Assembly (NCBI GenBank): GCA_035462545.1
Contig: DATHUE010000191.1
Coordinates: forward strand, 1 to 41,223
From: Solirubrobacterales bacterium
GTDB taxonomy: Bacteria; Actinomycetota; Thermoleophilia; Solirubrobacterales; 70-9
Direction: 5' to 3'
Length of the DNA stretch: 41,223 nucleotides
The notes under the pieces are model-generated. The model searched no databases. It saw only the letters and a list, made by a program, of their open reading frames with translations, and was not told the DNA's origin. Position numbers and translations under genes: made by a program. Shown in pieces: positions 25,580 through 34,086 of this stretch. How positions within the stretch are numbered: position 1 is the first letter of the stretch; each line of letters opens with the position of its first letter.

Positions 25580-27132
25580 TATGCGTCCTCCGCGTGGTAC
25601 TCGTCCAGCAGCTGGCGCTCCCGCTCGTGGCGGGGGAAGAGAAAGAAGACGATCGCGCTGCCGAGAACGATCGCGATGATCCCGGCTAGGTAGGTCCAGT
25701 CGCCGCCGTCGAGGAAGGAGGTGCGGGCGGCGGCGACGATCTGCGGCGCGTATTCCGGGTACTCCTTGGCCGTGTTGGCGGCGCCGGCGAAGGACTTGGT
25801 CAGCGCGTTCTGGACCTTGTCGCTGACCCGATCGGCCTCCGGCGAGGCGGCGATCTGGGAGCTGAAACTGGCGGCGTAGCCGGCCGTGAGCAGGGCGCCG
25901 AAGATCGATTGCATGATCGCGCCGCCGAGGTCGCGCTGCAGGTCGGCGGTGCCGGACGCCATCCCCGCTCGCTTCACCGGCACCGAGCCGGTCAGCGAGC
26001 GCGAGGCCGGGGTGCCGGCAAACCCGACCCCGACGCCGACCAGCAGGTAGCCGAGGCCGATCTCCCAGTAGGGCGTGCTCTGGTCCCAGAGGACCAGCAT
26101 CTCGGCGAAGGCGAGCAGGCAGAAGCCGAAGCCGAGCAGCAGGGTGAAGCGGGAGCCGTGCGACTCGACCAGCCGGGCCGAGCGCGGCGCCACCAGGATC
26201 ATCCCGATCGCGCCGGGGAGGATCGCCGCACCCGCCTCCAGGGTCGAGTAGCCGAGCACGTTCTGGACGAACTGCTGGCCGACGAACATCGCCCCCATCA
26301 GCGAGCCGAAGACGATGATGCCGGCCAGCGCCGCCACCCAGAAGGTCGGCCGGGCGGCGACGTGGAGGTCGTAGAGCGGCGAGGCGACCCGGCGCTGGCG
26401 CAGGAGGAAGGTGGCGATCAGCGCCGCGGCGGCGACGCCGAGGGCGAGCGCGACGGTGCCCTTGCCCGGTTCCGGCGCCAGGTTGATCCCGAGGACCAGC
26501 GTTCCCACCATCGCGATCGAGAGGATGCCGCCGAGGTGGTCGACCGGCTCGGTCGTCTCGTTGACGTGGGCCGGGATCAGGCGCCAGGCACAGAACAGGG
26601 CGATCGCCGCCAGCGGCGCGCTGACGATGAAGACCGAGCCCCACTCGAATCCTTCCAGCAGTCCCCCCGCCAGCAGCGGTCCGAGCGCCGAGATGCCGCC
26701 GCCGAGCGCCGACCAGAGCGCGATCGCCCGCGTCCGCTGCGGGCCCGACCAGAGCGCGGTGATCAGCGCCAGCGTCGTCGGGTAAGCCATGCCGGCGGCG
26801 ACGCCGCCGAGCACGCGGGCTCCGAACAGGACCGGCGCCGAGGGGGCGAGGGCGGCGAGGACCGAGAACGGGATCGTCAGCGCCATCCCCAGCAGCAGCA
26901 GCGACTTGCGGCCGTAGCGGTCGCCGACGGCGCCGAGGTACAGCACCGAGGCGGCGAGCCCGAGCGAGTAGCCGACGGCGATCAGGTTGACCGCGGTCTG
27001 GCTGGCGTCGAAGGCGAGCCCGATGTCCGGCAGGGCGACGTTGGCGACGGCGAGGTTGAGGTTGGCGACCCCGGCGACGAGGATCAGCGTCGCCAGCACC
27101 AGCCCGCCGCGCTTGGGCCCGCCCGACTCCAC
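25579..27132 (-). CDS. MFS transporter, DHA2/EmrB-like (14-TM drug:H+ antiporter type)
   Basis: The N-terminus is LILVAGVANLNLAVANVALPDIGLAF, and motif A is GAVGDRYGRK. The product is 517 aa and hydrophobic throughout. Confidence 0.9.
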   Translation of the reverse strand: MESGGPKRGGLVLATLILVAGVANLNLAVANVALPDIGLAFDASQTAVNLIAVGYSLGLAASVLYLGAVGDRYGRKSLLLLGMALTIPFSVLAALAPSAPVLFGARVLGGVAAGMAYPTTLALITALWSGPQRTRAIALWSALGGGISALGPLLAGGLLEGFEWGSVFIVSAPLAAIALFCAWRLIPAHVNETTEPVDHLGGILSIAMVGTLVLGINLAPEPGKGTVALALGVAAAALIATFLLRQRRVASPLYDLHVAARPTFWVAALAGIIVFGSLMGAMFVGQQFVQNVLGYSTLEAGAAILPGAIGMILVAPRSARLVESHGSRFTLLLGFGFCLLAFAEMLVLWDQSTPYWEIGLGYLLVGVGVGFAGTPASRSLTGSVPVKRAGMASGTADLQRDLGGAIMQSIFGALLTAGYAASFSSQIAASPEADRVSDKVQNALTKSFAGAANTAKEYPEYAPQIVAAARTSFLDGGDWTYLAGIIAIVLGSAIVFFLFPRHERERQLLDEYHAEDA

Positions 27133-27138
27133 CAGGCG

Positions 27139-27744
27139 CTAGAGCTCGATCCAGGTGCCGGCCGGGCCGAGGTTGCGGACCGGCGTCGCGCCGATCTCGC
27201 TCTCGCAGCCCCACGACTCGTGGATGTGACCGCAGACCGCCAGCCGCGGCTGCTTCGCGGCGATCGCGTCGCGCAGCGCCGGGCTGCCGAAGTGCACCCC
27301 GTCGCCGCTCGCGTCGCAGTGGCCCTTCGGCGGCGAGTGGAGCACGAGGATCGCCCCCTCGGGGCAGCCGGCGAGCATCGCCGTCGCGCTCTCGTCGTCG
27401 AGGTCGAAGCTCCAGTCCCAGGGCGTCACCGGAATACCCGCCCCGAGCCCGAAGACCTCGGCGCCGCCGACCGTCGCTCCCTCCCCGTGCAGGACGGTCG
27501 CCGACTTCCAGTCGGAGGCCGCGGTTCGCAGGGCGTCGGCAGTCTCGTTGTTGCCGGGCACCAGCACCGCCGGGGTCTCGATCGCCGCCAGGGCGTCGAT
27601 CGTCTCCTCCAGCCCCTCGTGGACCGAGGCAAAATCGCCGGCGCCGATCACGAGGTCGGCGTCGGCCGACATCTCGACCAGCTTCGCGGCCTGCCCGAGG
27701 TCGCGGTGCAGGTCGCTGAAGGCGAGCAGCTTCACGGCCGACAA
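27139..27744 (-). CDS. Metallophosphoesterase (calcineurin-like)
   Basis: Matching blocks are LLAFSDLHRD, VIGAGDF, VPGNNE, VLHSPP and CGHIHE. Confidence 0.85.
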   Translation of the reverse strand: MSAVKLLAFSDLHRDLGQAAKLVEMSADADLVIGAGDFASVHEGLEETIDALAAIETPAVLVPGNNETADALRTAASDWKSATVLHGEGATVGGAEVFGLGAGIPVTPWDWSFDLDDESATAMLAGCPEGAILVLHSPPKGHCDASGDGVHFGSPALRDAIAAKQPRLAVCGHIHESWGCESEIGATPVRNLGPAGTWIEL

Positions 27745-27745
27745 C

Positions 27746-29287
27746 CTATCCGGTCGGCGGTTCCTCGACTTTGCCTTTCGGCATCGCCACCAGGGCGACG
27801 ACGAAGGCGACGGCCATCGCCGCCGCCATCCCGTAGAAGACCGTGCGCGAGGCGAGGGCGAAGTCGTGGGGGATCGCCGCCAACACCTTCTCGGCCCCGG
27901 CGCCGCCCTGTTTGACCGCCGCTTCGATCCCGCTGGCGTCGCCCTGGCTGATCGAGCTGGCGATCTGGTCGCCGATCTCCTTGGGGACGCCGTTGTCGGT
28001 CGCCGTCTCCTCCAGCCGCGAGCTGTTCTGGGAGATCAGGACCGAACCGAGCACCGCCAGGCCGATGCTGGAGCCGAAGTTCCGCACCGTCTGCGTGATC
28101 CCGGTCGCCTCGCCGTAGCGGTCGGCCGGGACCCGGTTGAGCGCGTCGGTGTTGGCGGGGCTGAGCACGAGCCCGACCCCGGCCCCGGCCATCACGATGT
28201 AGGGCCACTGGTCGCTGACCGAGAGGTCGGTCAGGTGTTCGCCCCAGAGGTAGAAGCCGACGGCGGCGACGGCGCAGCCGAGGACGACGCTGGGCCGCGC
28301 CCCGACTTTGTCGAGCACGCGGCCGCCCCACTGCGAGGCGACGGCGAAGCCGGCGAAGAAGATCAACAGGTAGAGCCCGGTTTCCGAGGCGCTTTCGCCG
28401 AGCGAGATCTGCGCGTACATCGAGGCGAAGAAGAACAGCGGCACGAACGGGATCATCAGCAGGAAGAGGATGATGTTGTCCACCGCGAAGGCGCGGTCCT
28501 TGAAGACCGAGAGCCGCAGCAGCGGGTTCTCGGCCCGCAGCTCGTAGGCGACGAAGCAGGCGAGCAGGGCGGCGCCGGCGACGATGCTGGCCCAGGTGGC
28601 GACGCTGCCCCAGCCCCAGACCGTCGACTGCTGGAAGCCGAGCACGGCCAGGCCCATGCCGCCGGTGATCAGCACCGTGCCGCGGTAGTCGAGCGGCGCC
28701 GGCTGCTTGCGGTTCTCCGGCTTGGAGAACGCGATCAGGACGAGGGCGATGATCGCCACCGGGATGTTGACCCAGAAGATCGCCCGCCAGGTCCACTCGG
28801 TCAGGTAGCCGCCGGCGAGCGGGCCGATCGAGGTGAGGCCGCCGGTGATCGCGAAGAAGATCGCCATCGCCTTGCCGCGTTCGCGGACCGGGAAGGCGCC
28901 GAGCACGATCGCCAGGGCGGCCGGGAACATGATCGCCGCGCCGGCGCCCTGGATCACGCGGAAGGTGATGATCCAGGCCTCGTCGAGCGAGCCGGTCGGG
29001 GTGGCGCCGCAGAGCGCCGAGGCGGTGGCGAAGACGACGACGCCGATCGTCACCATCTTGCGGTGGCCGGCGATGTCGGCGAGGCGGCCGCCGAAGGCGA
29101 ACAGCGCCGAGAGCGAGAGCAGGTAGCCGTTGATGATCCACTGCACCCCGGTCGCGGAGAGCGAGAGGTCTTCCTGCAGGGTCGGGACCGCGATCGCGAC
29201 GATCGTCTGGTCGATGAACGTCATCGAGACGGCGAAGATCATCGCCGCGAGGATCAGCTTGCTGTTCTTACCGCCGGTGGCATCCAT
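27746..29287 (-). CDS. MFS transporter, DHA2/EmrB-like
   Basis: The start is at ATG 29287 (MDATGGKNSKLILAAMIFAVSMTFIDQTIVAIAVPTLQEDL). Motif A is FGGRLADIAGHRK. The stop lies 1 nt before the phosphoesterase start. Confidence 0.9.
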   Translation of the reverse strand: MDATGGKNSKLILAAMIFAVSMTFIDQTIVAIAVPTLQEDLSLSATGVQWIINGYLLSLSALFAFGGRLADIAGHRKMVTIGVVVFATASALCGATPTGSLDEAWIITFRVIQGAGAAIMFPAALAIVLGAFPVRERGKAMAIFFAITGGLTSIGPLAGGYLTEWTWRAIFWVNIPVAIIALVLIAFSKPENRKQPAPLDYRGTVLITGGMGLAVLGFQQSTVWGWGSVATWASIVAGAALLACFVAYELRAENPLLRLSVFKDRAFAVDNIILFLLMIPFVPLFFFASMYAQISLGESASETGLYLLIFFAGFAVASQWGGRVLDKVGARPSVVLGCAVAAVGFYLWGEHLTDLSVSDQWPYIVMAGAGVGLVLSPANTDALNRVPADRYGEATGITQTVRNFGSSIGLAVLGSVLISQNSSRLEETATDNGVPKEIGDQIASSISQGDASGIEAAVKQGGAGAEKVLAAIPHDFALASRTVFYGMAAAMAVAFVVALVAMPKGKVEEPPTG

Positions 29288-29358
29288 GGCTGGGGATTCT
29301 GTCCCGGCGGCGCCGTTTCCTTCAAGCCGGCTGGACGTTCGATAGTCTCGCGCCCGCA

Positions 29359-29532
29359 ATGCCTCCCGTCTTCTGGCTCGGCCTCGGAATCGCGGCCTTC
29401 ATCTTCCTCCTCGGCGCCTTCGCCGGCGCCCGCTCGCGCACCGCGAGCCTGCGCTCCGGCGCCATGATGGGCCTCTACATCGGCATCATGGCCGCCTTCC
29501 CGCTGCTCGCGGTCGGCCTCGCCACCAGCTGA
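29359..29532 (+). CDS. Possible small two-TM membrane protein (57 aa)
   Basis: This ORF is below the track's size cut-off. Translation from ATG 29359 gives MPPVFWLGLGIAAFIFLLGAFAGARSRTASLRSGAMMGLYIGIMAAFPLLAVGLATS*. GC3 is high, and the two hydrophobic helices are separated by a basic loop. Confidence 0.4.
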   Translation: MPPVFWLGLGIAAFIFLLGAFAGARSRTASLRSGAMMGLYIGIMAAFPLLAVGLATS

Positions 29533-29558
29533 CGCGCTCCTCGTCTCCGAGCGAGGCT

Positions 29559-30722
29559 TCAGCCGGCGATGATCTCGGCACAGAGTTCGGCGACGCTGAC
29601 CGCCTCGACGTCCTCGGCGATGAAGAAGCGCTCCTCGCCTGGATAGACCACGAAGGTCCGCGCCGGGGCGATGTCCTCGAGCGCCGAGCGGGCGCCGCGG
29701 GTCAGCTTCGGGGCCAGCGAGCGCTTTACCTCGATCGCCCACTCGCGGCCGTCGGGCCAGGTGAGGACGAGGTCGATCTCGGCACCGGCGCCGGTTCGGT
29801 AGAAGCTCGCCTCGGCGCGATCGCCGGTGATTGCGATCGCGTTCTCGATCGCCATTCCCTCCCAGCTGGGACCGGCCACCGGGTGTCCGAGAATGGCCTC
29901 CTTGTCGCGCAAGCCCAGCAGGGCGTGGACGAGGCCGCTGTCCCGCACGTAGACCTTGGGCGAGCGAACCAGGCGCTTGCCGGCGTTGGCGAGACGGGGG
30001 GGCAGGCGGCGGACGAGGAGCAGGTCGACCATCAGATCGAGGTAATGGGCGACGGTGGCGCCGGTGACGCCGAGGCCGCGGCCCAACTGGGCGGCGTTGA
30101 GTAGGCCGCCCTGTTGGTGGGCGAGCATCGTCCACAGTCGCCGCAGCGTCTCGGCCGGGATGCGCGGACCGAGCTGCGGGATGTCGCGCTCGAGGTAGGT
30201 GCGGATGAAGTCGCGGCGCCAGCGCAGGCTGGCCTCGAAATCGGCGGCGAGCAGGCTGTCTGGGAACCCGCCGCGGACCCAGAGGTCATCGAGACGCTTG
30301 GCGCCTACCTCGGTCACGTCCAGCGGAGTCAATTCGGTAAAAGCGACCCGTCCCGCCAGCGTCTCCCCGCTCTGGGCGAGCAGGTCGATCGCGGCCGAGC
30401 CGAGCAGGAGGAAGCGGCCGTTTGCTTTGCCCTCACGGCGGCCGCGGTCGATCGTCCCGCGCAGCGGCTCGAAGATGCCGGGGGCGCGGTGGATCTCGTC
30501 GAGAACGACCAGCTCGTCCTCGTGGTCGGCGAAGTAGAGCTCCGGCTCGGCGAGGCGAGCACGATCTGCTTCCGACTCGAGGTCGAGGTACACGCTGTCC
30601 CGCCGGCCGGCGATCTCAAGGGCGAGGGTCGTCTTGCCGACCTGGCGAGGCCCCGAGAGCACCACTGCCGGAGAATGCCCCAGCAGAGCTTCGACTTCGG
30701 CGGCGATTCTTCTGTCTAGCAT
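29559..30722 (-). CDS. AAA+ ATPase of the AAA_14 + DUF4143 type (COG1373-like)
   Basis: Walker A is LSGPRQVGKTTL, and Walker B-like is ELVVLDEIH. The C-terminal part (RRDFIRTYLERDI...LLNAAQLGRGLGVTGATVAHYLDLM...) has the wHTH plus DUF4143 architecture. Confidence 0.85.
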   Translation of the reverse strand: MLDRRIAAEVEALLGHSPAVVLSGPRQVGKTTLALEIAGRRDSVYLDLESEADRARLAEPELYFADHEDELVVLDEIHRAPGIFEPLRGTIDRGRREGKANGRFLLLGSAAIDLLAQSGETLAGRVAFTELTPLDVTEVGAKRLDDLWVRGGFPDSLLAADFEASLRWRRDFIRTYLERDIPQLGPRIPAETLRRLWTMLAHQQGGLLNAAQLGRGLGVTGATVAHYLDLMVDLLLVRRLPPRLANAGKRLVRSPKVYVRDSGLVHALLGLRDKEAILGHPVAGPSWEGMAIENAIAITGDRAEASFYRTGAGAEIDLVLTWPDGREWAIEVKRSLAPKLTRGARSALEDIAPARTFVVYPGEERFFIAEDVEAVSVAELCAEIIAG

Positions 30723-30729
30723 ACTTGTA

Positions 30730-30757
30730 ATTCTAAAGTAAAGATATAGATTTGCAA
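30730..30757 (-). promoter_or_regulatory. Near-consensus sigma70/SigA-type promoter giving a leaderless mRNA for the AAA ATPase
   Basis: Read on the minus strand, the promoter is TTGCAA (30757-30752), N16, then TAGAAT (30735-30730). Seven nt follow before ATG (30722). It is embedded in a 50-nt stretch with 12/50 GC. Confidence 0.5.
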
Positions 30758-30763
30758 GGTTAA

Positions 30764-31098
30764 TAACACACGCCGCCCTGGCGCTGGTGGTCGTTGGAGG
30801 CGGGCCGGCTCGACTGGTCGAGCGCGGTCACGCTCTTCGTCGGCACCCTGTTCGCCGCCGCGGCCAGCGCCGCGACCTCGGCTGGTGGGTGGTGGCCGTC
30901 AACCAGCTCGGCTCGGTCCTCTTCATGGTCGCCGCGATCGCCGCCTTCGTCCGCCCTGAGACCGGCGACGCGCTAGCGGTCGGCGTCGCCAACTGGGGCA
31001 CCCTGAGCGGCGCCCTCTGCTTCGCGATCGCCGGCGTCATCCAGGAGTTCGAGCACCCGACCCCAAACCTCGGACACGTCAGTAGGTTGGGGGGATGA
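30764..31098 (+). pseudogene. 5'-truncated and frameshifted remnant of a small integral membrane protein (YrhK-like, low confidence)
   Basis: Frame 2 (30764-~30890) reads ...RLDWSSAVTLFVGTLFAAAASAATSAGGWW and looks like a genuine TM segment. Frame 1 then continues WWVVAVNQLGSVLFMVAAIAAFVRPETGDALAVGVANWGTLSGALCFAIAGVIQEFEHP. The frame-1 N-terminus is Arg-rich junk. The open frame begins at a TAA inside the AT-rich patch. The stop overlaps the MBL start (ATGA at 31095-31098). Confidence 0.4.
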
Positions 31099-32096
31099 GC
31101 GTCGGCGAGAAGGCGAACGCGCCGCGGACCGAAAAGACCCTGCCGGGGATCTGGCGGCTGCGGCTGCCGCTGCCGTGGCCGGGGGTTCCGCACGGCAACG
31201 CCTGGGCGGTTGCCGCCGACGGCGGCATCGTCCTCTTCGACACCGGGATGGGCGGCAAGGGGCGGCTGCGGCAGCTCGACATCGCCCTCGCCCAGGCCGG
31301 CTTCGGGCTCGAGGACGTGCGGCTCCTCGTCTGCACCCACTCGCACATCGACCACTACGGCCTGGCAGCCTCGATCTGCGAGGAGGCCGGCTGCGAGCTG
31401 TGGATGCACCCCGCCTGGGGCCACGTGCGGCTGATGGCCGATGACCCGCAGGCGGCACTGGAGCGGCGGATCGAGGTGGCGCGGCAGAGCGGGGTGCCGA
31501 TCAAGGCGCTGGAGCGCTACCGCGAGACCCGCGAAGGCGACGAAGAGACGGGGATCGACGCGATCCGCGAGCCCGACCGAGAGCTGCTGCCCGGGGTCGA
31601 GGTGGAGACCGACCTCGGCGCCTGGGAGGTCTACGAGACCCCCGGCCACGCGCCCTCCCACGTCGTCCTGCACCAGCCGGCGAGCAAGCTCCTGATCTCC
31701 GGCGACCACCTGCTCGGCCGCACCGTGCTGTTCTTCGACTACGGCCACTCGCCCGACCCGGTCGGCGAGTTCAAACGCGGGCTGGACGAGATCGAGCCGC
31801 TCGACGTCGACCTCGTGATCCCCGGCCATGGTCGCCCGTTCCGCGACGCCGACGCGAAGATCGCCGCCTCCCGCCGGCAGGTCGAGGAGCTGCTCGGCAA
31901 AGTCCGCGGCTCGCTCGCCGCCGGTGAGAAGCCGGCCTTCGACGTCGTCGCCGACATCCTCGGCCGCGAGAACCTCAACACCCCGGCCAGCGCCTGGGCG
32001 CTGCAGATCGTCCTCGCCTGCCTCGACCACCTCGCCCTCGCCGGCGAGGCGACCGCGGTCGAGGGCAGCGACCCGCAGCGCTGGAAGCTCGCATGA
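31095..32096 (+). CDS. MBL-fold metallo-hydrolase
   Basis: The HxHxDH motif is present (VCTHSHIDHYG). Downstream blocks are ETPGHAPSH and IPGHG. Confidence 0.9.
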   Translation: MSVGEKANAPRTEKTLPGIWRLRLPLPWPGVPHGNAWAVAADGGIVLFDTGMGGKGRLRQLDIALAQAGFGLEDVRLLVCTHSHIDHYGLAASICEEAGCELWMHPAWGHVRLMADDPQAALERRIEVARQSGVPIKALERYRETREGDEETGIDAIREPDRELLPGVEVETDLGAWEVYETPGHAPSHVVLHQPASKLLISGDHLLGRTVLFFDYGHSPDPVGEFKRGLDEIEPLDVDLVIPGHGRPFRDADAKIAASRRQVEELLGKVRGSLAAGEKPAFDVVADILGRENLNTPASAWALQIVLACLDHLALAGEATAVEGSDPQRWKLA

Positions 32097-32174
32097 CCGC
32101 CATCGCGGACGTGTCTGACTTTGTCCGCCATATGTGGCGGGGAAGGTCAGACACCCCCGCTAGCCTGTGGCCGG

Positions 32175-32618
32175 ATGGCTAGCTTCACCCTGGAACGCGA
32201 GTTGGCGGCGCCACCGGAGACGGTCTTCGGCGTGCTCACCGACCACCGTCGCTACGCGGAGCTGACGCCGCTGCGCCGTTCGGCGCTGGAGCGGGAGGGG
32301 GAGCCGGCGCCGAACGGGGTCGGGGCGATCCGCGTGCTGGGTGTGGCCGGGCCGCCGCTGCGCGAGGAGGTGCTCGCCTACGAGCCGTCCTCGCGCTTCT
32401 CCTACAAGGTGCTCTCCGGGCTGCCGGTTCGCGACCACGTCGGCACCGTGCGGCTGCAGCCCGCGGGTCAGGGGACGAAGGTCGTCTACGCGGTGCGGAC
32501 GACGCCGACGGTCCCGCTCGCCGGGTTCGCCGTCATCGCCGCGCTGAAGCTGGGGGTCTCGCAACTACTGGCGGGCATCGCCCGCGAGTCCGAGCGTCTC
32601 GCCGCCGCGAATGGCTGA
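32175..32618 (+). CDS. SRPBCC-family (polyketide cyclase/dehydrase-like) protein
   Basis: The start is MASFTLERELAAPPETVFGVLTDHRRYAELTP. The segment FSYKVLSGLPVRDHVGTVRL follows. The size is about 147 aa. Confidence 0.8.
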   Translation: MASFTLERELAAPPETVFGVLTDHRRYAELTPLRRSALEREGEPAPNGVGAIRVLGVAGPPLREEVLAYEPSSRFSYKVLSGLPVRDHVGTVRLQPAGQGTKVVYAVRTTPTVPLAGFAVIAALKLGVSQLLAGIARESERLAAANG

Positions 32619-34086
32619 GGGCGGGCCCGGGAAGGCCCGCTCGCCGCGCGACCCCGGGGCGCCGGGCCGCCTCGCTTCCATCTGGGCCCTGCTGCGCGAT
32701 CCGAAGCGCCTCTGGCGCGAGCACCGGCGGCTGGTGATCGCCGCCGCGGCCGCCTTCGTCCTCACCGTCGCCGGCGCGATCGTCGCCTACGAGTCGCTGA
32801 AGCGGCCGGCGGACGTCCACAACCCCGACGCCGTCTTCAAACCGGAAAAACCGAAGAAAGTCATCAGGAAAGCGAGAACGGTCAACTGGCCGATGTTCGG
32901 CTACGACCGCGCCCGCACCCGCTACCTGCCGGTGAAGGGAGTCAAGCCGCCGTTCAAGAAACTCTGGCGCTTCACCGACCGGCCCCTGCTCGAGTTCCCG
33001 CCGATCTACGTCGGCGGCCGGCTCTACTTCGTCAACAACAACGGCTTCGCCCACGCCCTCGACGCCGACACCGGCAGGATCCTCTGGAAACGCCGGATCG
33101 GCCGCCTCAACGCTTCCTCGCCCGCCTACTCCAAGGGGCGGCTCTACGTCGTCAACCTCGAGCCCGGCCACGTGCTGAAGCTCGACGCCAAGACCGGCAA
33201 GACGATCTGGAAGCGGGACCTGCCCGGCCGGGCCGAGTCCTCGCCGCTGGTGATCGGCCGCACCGTCTACTTCGGCTGCGAGAACGGGCAGCTGTTCGCG
33301 CTCTCGACGATCAACGGCAACGTCCGCTGGGCGACCCAGCTCGGCGGCGAGGTGAAGGCCGCGCCCGCCTACAAGGACGGCAAGCTCTACGTCGGCGACT
33401 ACGGCGGCTACATGAACGCGGTCGACGCCGAGACCGGGGAGCTGAAATGGCAGAGCGGCTCGCTCGGCCCCGGCTTCGGCGGTTCCGGCGCCTTCTACTC
33501 GACCCCGGCGGTCGCCTTCGGCCGCGTCTACGCCGGCAACAACGACGCCCGCGTCTACAGCTTCGACACCAGCGACGGCACCCTCGCCTGGAGCTACTCG
33601 ACCGGCGGCTACGCCTACTCCGGCCCGACCGTGGCGACGACGAAACACAGCCCGCCGACCGTCTACATCGGCTCCTTCGACGGCAACGTCTACGCGCTCG
33701 ACGCCAAGGACGGCGGCGTCCGCTGGAGCCGCGGCGCCGGTGGCCAGGTGATCGGCTCCCTCTCGGCGATCGGCGAGATCGTCTACGTCGCCGAGTTCAC
33801 CTATAAAACGACCAGCGGCTTCATGATGCGCAGCGGCAAGCGGGTCTTCCGCTACCCGAAGGGGACCTACACGCCCGTGGTCTCCGACGGCCGCCGCATC
33901 TACCTGACCGGCTACTCGAGCATCACCGCCCTGCAGCCGTTCAAGCCGCAGCCGAAAGGCAAGCGGGGCCAGAAGGGCAAGGGCAGGAAGGCGAAGCGGA
34001 AGGGCGCTAGCCCTTCGGGGTCCCGATCCCGCCCGGCGGGGGCGGCGGTAGGCGCGGCGCGCCCGGCGCGTACGACGGGTAAGTAG
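32611..34086 (+). CDS. Membrane-anchored PQQ-like (BamB-type) beta-propeller repeat protein with Lys/Arg-rich tail
   Basis: An N-terminal TM segment is present (LVIAAAAAFVLTVAGAIVAY). Repeated units follow, including GRLYFVNNNGFAHALDADTGRILWKR, GRLYVVNLEPG...LDAKTGKTIWK, GKLYVGDYGGYMNAVDAETGELKWQ and GNVYALDAKDGGVRWS. The ATG overlaps the SRPBCC stop by 8 nt. Confidence 0.85.
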   Translation: MAEGGPGKARSPRDPGAPGRLASIWALLRDPKRLWREHRRLVIAAAAAFVLTVAGAIVAYESLKRPADVHNPDAVFKPEKPKKVIRKARTVNWPMFGYDRARTRYLPVKGVKPPFKKLWRFTDRPLLEFPPIYVGGRLYFVNNNGFAHALDADTGRILWKRRIGRLNASSPAYSKGRLYVVNLEPGHVLKLDAKTGKTIWKRDLPGRAESSPLVIGRTVYFGCENGQLFALSTINGNVRWATQLGGEVKAAPAYKDGKLYVGDYGGYMNAVDAETGELKWQSGSLGPGFGGSGAFYSTPAVAFGRVYAGNNDARVYSFDTSDGTLAWSYSTGGYAYSGPTVATTKHSPPTVYIGSFDGNVYALDAKDGGVRWSRGAGGQVIGSLSAIGEIVYVAEFTYKTTSGFMMRSGKRVFRYPKGTYTPVVSDGRRIYLTGYSSITALQPFKPQPKGKRGQKGKGRKAKRKGASPSGSRSRPAGAAVGAARPARTTGK

